In this document: positions 15,970 through 24,948 of the stretch, in pieces
Position numbering within the stretch: position 1 is the stretch's first letter
Layout of the letters: every line of letters begins with the position of its first letter
Assembly: GCA_039593925.1 (NCBI GenBank)
Contig: JBCNOJ010000001.1
Location: 1-44,093 of the forward strand
DNA: 44,093 nt
Reading direction: 5' to 3'
From: Acidovorax sp.
GTDB taxonomy: Bacteria; Pseudomonadota; Gammaproteobacteria; Burkholderiales; Burkholderiaceae_C
Notes under the pieces: generated by a model
What the model was told of the DNA's origin: nothing
The model's database searches: none
What the model saw: only the letters and a program-made list of their open reading frames with translations
Made by a program: the position numbers and the translations under genes

Positions 15970-18309
15970 TCATCGCGGCTGGACCGGCTGCGTCAGCCCC
16001 GCGGGCGGCACTGCCGTATCGTTGCGCAGGAGCTCAGGCATACCGCGCACTTCGATGAGGCGCAGACCCTGGAGGCGGTCACGAAGTTCCTCCCCCACTT
16101 GGCGGATCTCGGGGTCGGTGCGCACGACCTTGGGGGTGATGACCACCAGCAGCTCAGTGCGACCGCTGTTGTTGGTGGTGGCGCCAAATAGACCGCCCAC
16201 CAACGGCAGATTGTGCAAAAGGGGCACCCCAGACTTGTTGGTGGTGGCGCTGTCTTTAATAAGCCCGCCCAGCACCAAGGCCTCACCAGAGCGCACCGCA
16301 ACCTTGCTGGTGATCTGGCGCTGCAAGAAGGCACGCTGGCCCGTGACGGCATCTTCGTCGCCCACGTCGGTGACAGACTGGTCGATATCCAACGTTACCA
16401 AGTCGCCTGCGTTCACAGAGGGCTGCACAGCCAATTGCACGCCAGTGTCTTTGTATTGGTAGGTGGTGGTGCTGACGATATTGGTGGTGCCCGTGGTAGG
16501 GGTGGAGATTTCGCCCGACCGCACCGGCTGCTGGGTGCCCACAGCGATGGTAGCGGTTTGGTTATCCAGCACCATAAGCGATGGACTGGAAATGACTTTG
16601 ATCAGCGACTTGGCAGCCAGTGCATTGAGCGTGGCACGCAGGCCCACCGTATCAGAGAGTGTGTAAGTGAAGCCGCCGGTAGAGTTCGCAGGCAACTGCC
16701 CCACACTGCCAGCGCCAAAAAGGCCACTGCGCTCCTTATCATTGAACGCCCACTTGAGACCATATTTGAGGTCGTCACCCAGGGTAACTTCAATGATGCT
16801 GGCCTCGATCAGCACCTGGGTGGGCGGGAGGTCTAAGCGCTTGAGCGTAGATTCGATCTTGTCGAACTCGGCACGGGTGCTCCAAACAAGAATGGAGTTG
16901 TTCAGCTCATCGGCAACCACGCGGACGTTGCCCAGGCTGGCAACCACATTGCCCTGGCCGCCTGCGGCAGCACCTTGATTGGTTTGGCTGAACCTGTTCT
17001 GGAAACCGCTACTGCCAAACCCGCTGCTTGTCCCCGTGCCGCCCAGGCTTGCGCCGCTGCCAGTGCGGTTGAACATGCTGCCTGTGCTACCTCGGCCAAC
17101 AGTGGTGCCAAGGCCTTGCTGCTGCCCGAACGTTGAGCCCACACCGGTTGCCAGACCAGGCGCCACGCCGCTGTTGGCAGCAGCCCCCGTTTGCGCGCCG
17201 CCAAAAATACCCGAGAGAACACTAGCCAAATGCCGGGCGTTGCCGTTCTGCACGCGATAGATGTAGAGCTGAGGCTCCGCACCGCCGTCACTGGGCTGAT
17301 CGAGTTTCTCTATCCAGCGGCGGGCCTCCTCCAGGTAAGCTGCACGCGGTGTAACCACCAGAATGCTGTTGAGCCGCTCCACGGGCATGATGCGCAGCGC
17401 GCCGTACAGGGGATTCCCTTCACCCAGCATGGCCGCAGCGGAAGCCGCCTGGGATGCTGCTGCCCCCCCTGCAGCCCTGGGGGCCGCGCTAGCGCCCTGC
17501 CCCGGCGCAGCGCCGGATGAGGCGGAGGACGCAGCACCACCGCCGCTGACCAAACGCAAGGCCGCCTCCACCTCCTTGATATCGGCGTGCTTGAGCGGGA
17601 AGAGGCCCACAGACATACCTTTGAGCAGATTCACGTCGAAGGTATTGACAATATCCAGCCAGCCTTCCGCCTGCACGCGGTTGCCAGCAAGCACAAGTAC
17701 GTTGCGCAGGCTGTCGACGCGCACCAGGGCGTCGGCGGGCATCATGGGTTTGAGAATGGTGGCCATTTCGCCCGCGCCGATGTATTGCAGCGGCACGATG
17801 ATGGCGCCCGATCCCGGCTGCAGCACAGCCTTGCTGCCGGTGACTTGGCGGACGCCGGGGCTGATGTTCTTGAGGACTTCGGTCTTACCCACGTGGTAAG
17901 AGCCTCGCGCATCACGCACCATGGCCAGACCGTTGGCCTGCAGGGCGCTTTCGAGCAGAAAAATGGCGTGGTCGGCCGGTATTGGAGTGCGCGTGGCCAG
18001 GGTAATGGTGCCGTTGAGCGGCGGGTGCAGTACGTAGTTGACCTTGAGGATGTCGCCCAACATGGTGCGCACGACTTCTGCAATAGGCGCCTCCTCAAAT
18101 CGAAAGGTACTGGCTGCCCCCTCCAAAGCAGGTGTTGGCTGCGGGGGCGCGATGACGACATCGTTGCCCTTGATGATGCGCGGCTCCTGCACAGCGGCGG
18201 GCGCGCGCCCTCCGTCTGCAGCGGGCAGCGCCGGATCGGCGGCCCAGCCCATGCCGGGCACAGCCAGCAGGATGAGGGCTTTGGTAAGTATCTGTCGGGT
18301 GAATCGCAT
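15970..18309 (-). CDS. gspD: Type II secretion system secretin
   Basis: N0-N3 domains, LDLPPTQVLIEASIIEV, SSPSLMVLDNQTATIAVG, VPLLHNLPLVGGLF and RTELLVVITPKVV. Confidence 0.96.
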   Translation of the reverse strand: MRFTRQILTKALILLAVPGMGWAADPALPAADGGRAPAAVQEPRIIKGNDVVIAPPQPTPALEGAASTFRFEEAPIAEVVRTMLGDILKVNYVLHPPLNGTITLATRTPIPADHAIFLLESALQANGLAMVRDARGSYHVGKTEVLKNISPGVRQVTGSKAVLQPGSGAIIVPLQYIGAGEMATILKPMMPADALVRVDSLRNVLVLAGNRVQAEGWLDIVNTFDVNLLKGMSVGLFPLKHADIKEVEAALRLVSGGGAASSASSGAAPGQGASAAPRAAGGAAASQAASAAAMLGEGNPLYGALRIMPVERLNSILVVTPRAAYLEEARRWIEKLDQPSDGGAEPQLYIYRVQNGNARHLASVLSGIFGGAQTGAAANSGVAPGLATGVGSTFGQQQGLGTTVGRGSTGSMFNRTGSGASLGGTGTSSGFGSSGFQNRFSQTNQGAAAGGQGNVVASLGNVRVVADELNNSILVWSTRAEFDKIESTLKRLDLPPTQVLIEASIIEVTLGDDLKYGLKWAFNDKERSGLFGAGSVGQLPANSTGGFTYTLSDTVGLRATLNALAAKSLIKVISSPSLMVLDNQTATIAVGTQQPVRSGEISTPTTGTTNIVSTTTYQYKDTGVQLAVQPSVNAGDLVTLDIDQSVTDVGDEDAVTGQRAFLQRQITSKVAVRSGEALVLGGLIKDSATTNKSGVPLLHNLPLVGGLFGATTNNSGRTELLVVITPKVVRTDPEIRQVGEELRDRLQGLRLIEVRGMPELLRNDTAVPPAGLTQPVQPR

Positions 18310-18335
18310 GGTGTTCTTCGAAATACGGTGGGTGT

Positions 18336-19031
18336 TCAGAGGCTGGGCAACGGCGGCAGACCGTTGGCGGCACGGGCTGCATTCATCCGCTCAAGCCGAG
18401 CACGAGCGCGCTCTTCCTGCTCTTGTTTTTGGCGTAGCACGGGGTCTCCGGTGGCCTGACCCTGCCCGGCTGCCGGCTGTCCTGCTGTGGCCTGACCAGC
18501 GGCAGGGGCAGCGCGGCCCAGGGTAGGCGTGGGCGCAACGGTGGCGAGCTTGGCAGGCACAAGGCGCACGACGCGCGAATCATCTCCTCGCCCGAAGGTG
18601 ACGTTAAGGCCCTCGATTCCCTTGACAGTCCAGCCCCCTAGGGCCGTACCCACAGCAATGCGACGGTCCTTACCGTCGACACGGGCAAAGATCCCCCCGC
18701 CTCCATCGTCAGTGGAATAAACACCCTGAAGCTGGATATTGGCCAGCGGGTCGGGCTCGGGTGGGGCATCTGCCTTGACGGGCGCAGGGGGCGGGGGTGG
18801 ACGCCTGCTGGGCGAGAACAGCGGGCGTTCGAGCACGGCCAGGAAGCGACTGACATCTGCAGGCTTGGGGACCTCAATGCCGAAAGAAGGGGAAATCTCA
18901 GGCACAACGGCGGCGGGCGCCACCCAAGAGGTGCCGCGGATCTGCCCCGAAGGCGTAAGCCAAAGCGCGATCAAACCCAGGGCGAGCGCAATATTGGCGG
19001 CTAAAAGCACGGCAGTAGGGCGGATTTTCAT
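18336..19031 (-). CDS. T2SS XpsN/GspC-like connector protein
   Basis: N-terminal TM helix, ERPLFSPSRRP motif, Pro-rich linker, HR-like beta domain and C-terminal coiled segment. Sits between gspM and gspD, as xpsN does in Xanthomonas. Confidence 0.78.
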   Translation of the reverse strand: MKIRPTAVLLAANIALALGLIALWLTPSGQIRGTSWVAPAAVVPEISPSFGIEVPKPADVSRFLAVLERPLFSPSRRPPPPPAPVKADAPPEPDPLANIQLQGVYSTDDGGGGIFARVDGKDRRIAVGTALGGWTVKGIEGLNVTFGRGDDSRVVRLVPAKLATVAPTPTLGRAAPAAGQATAGQPAAGQGQATGDPVLRQKQEQEERARARLERMNAARAANGLPPLPSL

Positions 19032-19582
19032 GGATGTCCCCGCAGAACGAACAGGTCGAACTGCACCGCCAAACGCTGTGGCGCATCGGCCCGAACAGAA
19101 CCAACGGTCTGCACATTCATGCCCCGCACCACAATAGCGGGCATTTGCCCCGACAGCCCTACCAGAGCGCCTTGCAGCGCAAGCAGGTCACCTTCGGCAC
19201 GCACAGCCAGGGGGACTCGGTCGTAGTTCTTTTCGATTTTGGCGGGCAATACTTGGCTGCTGACGATTTGCAGCCCCGCTGTGGTGAAGAGGTTGCGCAC
19301 GCGTTGTTGGGCAGCGTTGCCGACCTGGTTGGCGTCGGTTTCTGCAGGAAAGACGTATTGCCCGACCACGCCTTGCGCTTGCGATTGCGCCTGCTCAAGG
19401 GCGCTGGCACTGCCTTTTAGACCCTGCATGCGTGCATGGCGGGGCTCGAGCTCCGCAATGCGCCGAGCTGCCGTCTGATGCTTTTCGTAGACGTAGTAAC
19501 CAGCCGCTGAGAGCGCGGCAAACAGCGACCCCAGCATGAGCAGCAAGAGTATGGCTCCTGGGGACAGGGTGCGTATCTTCAT
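19028..19582 (-). CDS. gspM: T2SS protein M
   Basis: Single TM helix, coiled coil and ferredoxin-like C-domain; position after gspL; 4-bp overlaps with neighbours. Confidence 0.82.
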   Translation of the reverse strand: MKIRTLSPGAILLLLMLGSLFAALSAAGYYVYEKHQTAARRIAELEPRHARMQGLKGSASALEQAQSQAQGVVGQYVFPAETDANQVGNAAQQRVRNLFTTAGLQIVSSQVLPAKIEKNYDRVPLAVRAEGDLLALQGALVGLSGQMPAIVVRGMNVQTVGSVRADAPQRLAVQFDLFVLRGHP

Positions 19583-20808
19583 GGTTTCGGACTGGAGGGC
19601 CTGGACTGTGTCTGTGCCGCAGGCGATGCGATAGCAGCGGACGCGGGCGCGGAGGCCGTGATCGCGGGTGACAAGGCCACAGAAGCAGGCGCGGATGCCG
19701 CGGAAGCGGGCCGCAGTACGGCAGATTCGCCTTCCGATGCATTGGCAGGCACGGACCGCGGTAGCGCTGCGGGGTCTATTTGTGCCTCGATGGAAAAGGT
19801 GTCCTTGGTTGCGCCAGGCGGGCGCGTTGCCGCGGTGGGAGCGCGTACTTCGCGCAGCCCAGGTTCATTGCCAAGGCGCTCCAGTAGCGCAGCGGAGTTT
19901 GCAGTCTGCCCGGTGAGGGTGACTTTCAGCCCTTGCACCTGCAGGGTGAGAAGCGAAGAGTCGTCAGGCAGAGCGCGGGTGAGCAGATCGACGACTTGTA
20001 GAGGGTCCGCCTGCTCGCCCAGGATTGCGCGCAGTTCAGCCAATTGGTCTTCGGAGCGCACCAGCGATTCGCGCTGCGCGAGGGCTGGCGCCGCTTGGCG
20101 GGCCAACTGCTCGTAGCTCTGTACTGCAGCCAGCGCGCGCTCGCGCAACTGGAGACTGGGCGAGACGGCGATGGCGATCAGCAAAGCGAAAGCACAGGCA
20201 AGAAGGGCAAGATTGAGTGTGCGTCCACGGCGTTCCGCGCGCTGCCTGCGCGGCTCAGCAAATCCCGCCAGCACGATGGGCTCGGCGACCTTCTCGGAGA
20301 GGCACCAGACTTCGGTGTTCTCTAAAGTTGCCGCGCTAGGCTGCGCCGCCAAATCCTGCCGAATGAGGCGGCGCGAGGCCAAAACGATTTCCACGTCCTG
20401 CCAGCCGCGCCGCTGTGCGGACGGTGTACGGCGCGCACCCCATACAAGCTCCTCTGGAGGAAAAGGGCTGTGGGTGCTGGCATCAAGCGCTATTGCCTGA
20501 GCAGCGGCTGCTGGGGCCAAATTGGGGAGCACGGTGTGACGCCGCAGCACGATGGCGTTCGACACCTCAATGGCAACAAAGGGAGCAGCGACCTTCGCGG
20601 CGCTTGCTTTGTCGCGTATGAGGCGACCGCCGCCGGCAAGCCATAGTTCTGAGGTGCCGCTCGCGCGGATCCAGCGTATGCGCTGAACAGGGGTAAACCA
20701 ATCGAGGATGGGGCCGTCACGCAACTCCGCCCAAGCTTGGGCGAAGGCTTCTCTCAGTCTGTGCGTATCCATTCCGAAGAATCGGGGCGGCGAAGCAGTA
20801 GGCGACAT
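19579..20808 (-). CDS. gspL: T2SS protein L (PilN-like C-terminal domain)
   Basis: Cytoplasmic domain with SPFPPEELVWG, TM helix, LTRALPDDSSL..L..QG..VTLTG and an Ala/Pro/Ser tail. Confidence 0.85.
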   Translation of the reverse strand: MSPTASPPRFFGMDTHRLREAFAQAWAELRDGPILDWFTPVQRIRWIRASGTSELWLAGGGRLIRDKASAAKVAAPFVAIEVSNAIVLRRHTVLPNLAPAAAAQAIALDASTHSPFPPEELVWGARRTPSAQRRGWQDVEIVLASRRLIRQDLAAQPSAATLENTEVWCLSEKVAEPIVLAGFAEPRRQRAERRGRTLNLALLACAFALLIAIAVSPSLQLRERALAAVQSYEQLARQAAPALAQRESLVRSEDQLAELRAILGEQADPLQVVDLLTRALPDDSSLLTLQVQGLKVTLTGQTANSAALLERLGNEPGLREVRAPTAATRPPGATKDTFSIEAQIDPAALPRSVPANASEGESAVLRPASAASAPASVALSPAITASAPASAAIASPAAQTQSRPSSPKP

Positions 20809-20820
20809 TAAACAGAATTC

Positions 20821-21681
20821 TCAGGGAGCCGCGGTGTCTTCACGCAGGCGTTGATCGAAACGGTAAGTGTGCCATGGCATACCGTCACGCGCGGTGGATG
20901 TCAGATTGACGCTGCGCGCCACAAAAACGGCAGCACCGTCAGAGAGGGGTACGCGCGCCGTCAGCCGAAAGCGCTGCGTGGCAGCGTTGCTGTCGATGAA
21001 CTCGCCCCTGAGCCCGGTAGTGTCTATACCTGTAGCGCCAGAAGCCCGTTGTGCCGCAATACTGGCAGCCTTGCCTGCATCACCACCGGCCAAGACACGG
21101 AGAACGGATTCTGGCGCTGCCAGTGCATTGACTCTTTCGCCGCCCGGCTGATCTGCGGTCAAAAGAGGGGCAATATTAGCATAGAGGTCATAGTCAACCC
21201 CCGGCACCTGGAGGAGGTCCTCCACGGCTTCGAAGTTTCTCCCGGCGCCCCGCGCATCGCGGCTGGAACGGACTTCAACAAAGGTTTGCGCTAGCGCCTG
21301 CGCGGCATTGTTAGGCATCCCCGCCACGGTAAGCAACTGGGTCAGCAACGGCACGCCTGCACCATTGATGTTGATCAGCCCGCTGATGGGGAGAACCTCA
21401 ACCGCGATCTCTTGCCCGCCGTAAATAACCGGCACTACTTCAAGTTGCTGCTGGCGCTGCCCCTGCAGGGTGCGGGCTTTCATTTCCTGCAAAACGATGT
21501 GAATGGCCGCGTCTCCCTGACCAGTGGCCACAGCCGCCTGCCGGGCTTGGCTGGCAAGACGCGTTTCGCTCCGAAGGTTCTGCACCAGGCCCATGACCAT
21601 GATGCTCAGTGCAGCAACGAGCCAAAGCACGGCAACCAGCGCCATTCCGTTGCTACGCTGACACCAAAGGGTTCGATTCAC
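20821..21681 (-). CDS. gspK: T2SS minor pseudopilin K
   Basis: G|MALVAVLW prepilin site without E5, GLININGA, FEAVEDLLQVPGV and RVNALAAP. GTG start at 21681 overlaps the gspJ stop. Confidence 0.9.
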   Translation of the reverse strand: MNRTLWCQRSNGMALVAVLWLVAALSIMVMGLVQNLRSETRLASQARQAAVATGQGDAAIHIVLQEMKARTLQGQRQQQLEVVPVIYGGQEIAVEVLPISGLININGAGVPLLTQLLTVAGMPNNAAQALAQTFVEVRSSRDARGAGRNFEAVEDLLQVPGVDYDLYANIAPLLTADQPGGERVNALAAPESVLRVLAGGDAGKAASIAAQRASGATGIDTTGLRGEFIDSNAATQRFRLTARVPLSDGAAVFVARSVNLTSTARDGMPWHTYRFDQRLREDTAAP

Positions 21682-22349
21682 CGGCGGCCTCCTCCGCCAA
21701 CGGAAAATTCGCCGCCACCGCCATCGGTAAGCGGCAGTTTGCGCAGCGGCACTACCAACGTGGGCCAATCTCCGGCGGCAGTAGCAACGTCAAGAGCAAT
21801 GCGTGCGGGTAATGCAGTTGCATCTACCCATTCCGAGCTCCAGACAGGGGGCTCTTCGCGTTCATTCTCATATCGCATGACAAGGCCGTGGACACCGTCT
21901 GCCAGAATGCGGCTGTCGGCAGCCGACCAGTCTGGCAAGGTGACGGCTTCCAAATCCCATGGAATGAAGCGCAGCACAAGTGCCCCCCCTCCATTGACTG
22001 CCTCCATGCCAAGCCGGAAGAAATAACGGCCTCCGCTGCCGTAACGGGCAGGCATAACCCCCACCCAAGCGACCGAGTCGGGCGCGCCCACAAAGAGATA
22101 GGGGCTACTGTTTTCATCAACGGCGCGCCCTTGCCTGCGCGCTGAAATGCGCCCCAATGTGTCGCGAACAAAACCAACCGCCAGCCGGTAATCGTCGATT
22201 TGAGTCAGCCGGGAATCAACGCGCTCCTGACTCTGCGCAACCGTTCGCAAAGATGAGGCCATTGCCAGCACCATCAACGACAGCAGGGTCATCACAACCA
22301 GCAGTTCCACCAAGGTGAATCCTCTGCTGAACGAGGCATGGCGACTCAT
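21678..22349 (-). CDS. gspJ: T2SS minor pseudopilin J
   Basis: RG|FTLVELLVVMTLLSLM prepilin motif; C-terminal W...LPARIAL; operon position. Confidence 0.88.
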   Translation of the reverse strand: MSRHASFSRGFTLVELLVVMTLLSLMVLAMASSLRTVAQSQERVDSRLTQIDDYRLAVGFVRDTLGRISARRQGRAVDENSSPYLFVGAPDSVAWVGVMPARYGSGGRYFFRLGMEAVNGGGALVLRFIPWDLEAVTLPDWSAADSRILADGVHGLVMRYENEREEPPVWSSEWVDATALPARIALDVATAAGDWPTLVVPLRKLPLTDGGGGEFSVGGGGRR

Positions 22350-22759
22350 CGCGCAGCACCTCCGGGCAATGGACTGCGTTCTGGACGCAAGGTGGTGACT
22401 TGTATGCTGCGCTCCACCCCTGCATCGGCCCAGCGCACTCCAATCACCACCTCGTGCAGTGGCGGAACGGCTGGGTTGGTAACAGTGGTTTGGTAGGGCG
22501 CACTCCGAATGTTCCACTTGAACCCTGCGGTCTCGCCCGCATCAATCCAGCCAGAAGCAGGCACGGCATCACGCAAGGCCATCAGTGATTGCGCGAGAGA
22601 GGCGGCACGCTGCGTAGCATCTATGATGGACACAGAACGAACGCTGCTCCCCGTGGCACGGTACAACACCCCCAATGCCATTGCCATGATGGAGAAGGCC
22701 ACCAGTATCTCAAGCAGAGACAGGCCCTTCTGGCGGCCAAGCGGCACCGACAAACTCAT
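22346..22759 (-). CDS. gspI: T2SS minor pseudopilin I
   Basis: KG|LSLLEILVAFSIMA prepilin motif; ~137 aa; operon position. Confidence 0.88.
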   Translation of the reverse strand: MSLSVPLGRQKGLSLLEILVAFSIMAMALGVLYRATGSSVRSVSIIDATQRAASLAQSLMALRDAVPASGWIDAGETAGFKWNIRSAPYQTTVTNPAVPPLHEVVIGVRWADAGVERSIQVTTLRPERSPLPGGAAR

Positions 22760-23205
22760 TGCAGAGCCAAAGGAGTTTGGGTCACCCGGCCCGAGAGCCA
22801 ATCCACCCGCAGCTGCACGCCAGTTCCGGCTTTGCGTAGAACCTGCACACTCCCCCCGGTGGCGCCGCCATCAGGCAAGAACCGGATGGCAGCGACCCCA
22901 CTGTGCATTTCGCTGTCTGCCACCATGGCTCGAAAATCGAGGATGTCCGGCAAGGGCCGAAACGGCTCTCCCTCCACACCGTACTGGTGCCGATCCAGAT
23001 CGAGAACGAACCGCATCTCACGCCCCTGGGTTCTAGCTGCCTGCCTCGCCTTGCGCATGTCGCTGAGAATGCCGCGCACAGTGTCTCGGTAGTGGGCACT
23101 CTCTCTAGCACTGCTGTAGGCGAAGGGCACAACGCCGATCAGCAACGCCATGATGGCAAAGACGACCAGAAGTTCGACCAACGTAAAACCGCGAGCGTTT
23201 GGCAT
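22756..23205 (-). CDS. gspH: T2SS minor pseudopilin H
   Basis: RG|FTLVELLVV, IRFLPDGGATGG and VDWLSGRV (XpsH-like). Confidence 0.9.
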   Translation of the reverse strand: MPNARGFTLVELLVVFAIMALLIGVVPFAYSSARESAHYRDTVRGILSDMRKARQAARTQGREMRFVLDLDRHQYGVEGEPFRPLPDILDFRAMVADSEMHSGVAAIRFLPDGGATGGSVQVLRKAGTGVQLRVDWLSGRVTQTPLALQ

Positions 23206-23226
23206 TTGCCCCAGAACTCAAAGATG

Positions 23227-23685
23227 TCAGGGGGTGTTACGGATGTCTGCAGCTTCGCCCTCTCCGCCGGGAGCCCCGTCAGAGCCCAGGGAGAGAACCT
23301 CGATGCCCCCGTTGGGACCAGGATTCGCGTACTTATAGGGATGTCCCCATGGATCAGAAGGGACCCCACCCTTGAGATAGGGGCCGGACCATCCGTTCAC
23401 GGATCCGGGGCGCTGCACAAGCGCCTGGAGACCTTCTTCCGTTGTGGGGTAGCGCCCCACATCCAGCTTGAAGAGTTCGAGCGATTTGTCCAGATCCGAG
23501 ATCTGCACAGCCGCGGTTTTGGACTTGGCACCCCCCAGTTGGTTGAGCACCTTGGGGCCGACAATGCCTGCGAGCATCGTGAGGATGGCAAGCACCACCA
23601 ACAATTCAATCAGTGTGAAGCCACGGTTCCGCTTGGCGCCTGGGGAGTGCAAGGCAAATTTCGTGGATTTTTTATGTTGTGTCAT
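23227..23685 (-). CDS. gspG: T2SS major pseudopilin G
   Basis: RG|FTLIELLVVLAIL, FKLDVGRYPTTEEGLQALV, WSGPYL, DPWGHPYKY and SLGSDGAPGGEG. Start 23685 or 23703. Confidence 0.97.
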   Translation of the reverse strand: MTQHKKSTKFALHSPGAKRNRGFTLIELLVVLAILTMLAGIVGPKVLNQLGGAKSKTAAVQISDLDKSLELFKLDVGRYPTTEEGLQALVQRPGSVNGWSGPYLKGGVPSDPWGHPYKYANPGPNGGIEVLSLGSDGAPGGEGEAADIRNTP

Positions 23686-23712
23686 AAGGGAATGTCCTTG
23701 CATGTTTTGTGT

Positions 23713-24948
23713 TTAAACCGCCAGATCGTTAACTGACAGAATGCCCAGAAGAATGGAAACAATGATGGCTGCAATCAGCACCCCAAGAACGAGAATGAGC
23801 GCTGGCTCCAACATGGTCAACAACCGCTTAATACCCGTCTCGACCTCTCGATTCAGAATGTTCGACACCTCCAGCATGATCGAGCCTACACGCCCCGTTT
23901 CTTCTCCGACACGGATAAGGTTGATCGCCAAAGGCTCGAAAATACCCGCGGCTGTCACTGCCTGAACAACCCGGCCACCCTCTTTGACAATGGGCGCCAC
24001 GCGCGCGAGCGACTTACGTAGAGTGAGGTTGGCGACGGTATCCGTTGCAATGTGCAGCGCCGTGAGCATAGGCACTCCATTGCCCAGCAAAGTTCCGAGC
24101 GACCGTGTAAATAATGTGAGCTCATACTTAAGCGCAAGCCCACCAACGATAGGCAGCCTCAACAGCCCCCCCTGCCACCAAGCGCGCCCCGAGGGTGATC
24201 GCAGCCAGCGCAACACCAGCGCTGTTCCGACAAATACTGCCACCGCAATATAGAGCCCGTACTGCGTGAAGACCTGACCCATGCCCATTACCAAGCGCGT
24301 TGGAGCCGGCAGTGCGTCACCCATGTCGGTGAAAAGTTTCTCGAACTGTGGCACGACAAAGCCCAGCATGGCGATGAGAGATAGAACAGCGACGCCCAGC
24401 AGAATGGCAGGATAGATCGCCGCGGAAATCACGCTGTCGCGCAGCGCACGCTGTCGCTCCATATGTTCCACCAAGCGATCCAGCACCGCCGACATCTGCC
24501 CGCTTGCCTCGCCAGAGCGGATCATGTTGACGTAGAAATCCGAGAAGAGTGTCCGGTGTGCCGTCAAGGCCCGGCTCAACGGCGCCCCACCCTTGACCGC
24601 GTCAAGAATGCCTTGCACAAGGCTGCGGACGCTGGTTTTATGACTCATTTCTATGAGTACTCGCAGGCTGTTGTCCAAAGCCAGCCCTGCACGCAGCATG
24701 ATGGCGAGTTCTGTCGTCAGCGCCATTACGTCGGCCGAAGTGACTGGCCCTTTTCCAGCACGGCCTACATTGGGCGCGGCCACGGTATAGGGCTTTCCAG
24801 CAGGAACATCAACCGCGCTGTCAATTTTCAGTGGAGTGAGACCACGCTCCTGCAGCAAGCGCATCACACCTGCTGCGCTGGAAGCTGTCATCTGCCCATT
24901 TTCGACCTTTCCGGCCGCCGACACCGCTTGCCAGGAAAAGTCAGGCAT
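23713..24948 (-). CDS. gspF: T2SS inner membrane platform protein F
   Basis: LAIMLRAGLAL, MIRSGEASGQM, AAIYP, VVPQF, GEETG and LEP motifs. Start MPDFSW at 24948. Confidence 0.95.
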   Translation of the reverse strand: MPDFSWQAVSAAGKVENGQMTASSAAGVMRLLQERGLTPLKIDSAVDVPAGKPYTVAAPNVGRAGKGPVTSADVMALTTELAIMLRAGLALDNSLRVLIEMSHKTSVRSLVQGILDAVKGGAPLSRALTAHRTLFSDFYVNMIRSGEASGQMSAVLDRLVEHMERQRALRDSVISAAIYPAILLGVAVLSLIAMLGFVVPQFEKLFTDMGDALPAPTRLVMGMGQVFTQYGLYIAVAVFVGTALVLRWLRSPSGRAWWQGGLLRLPIVGGLALKYELTLFTRSLGTLLGNGVPMLTALHIATDTVANLTLRKSLARVAPIVKEGGRVVQAVTAAGIFEPLAINLIRVGEETGRVGSIMLEVSNILNREVETGIKRLLTMLEPALILVLGVLIAAIIVSILLGILSVNDLAV

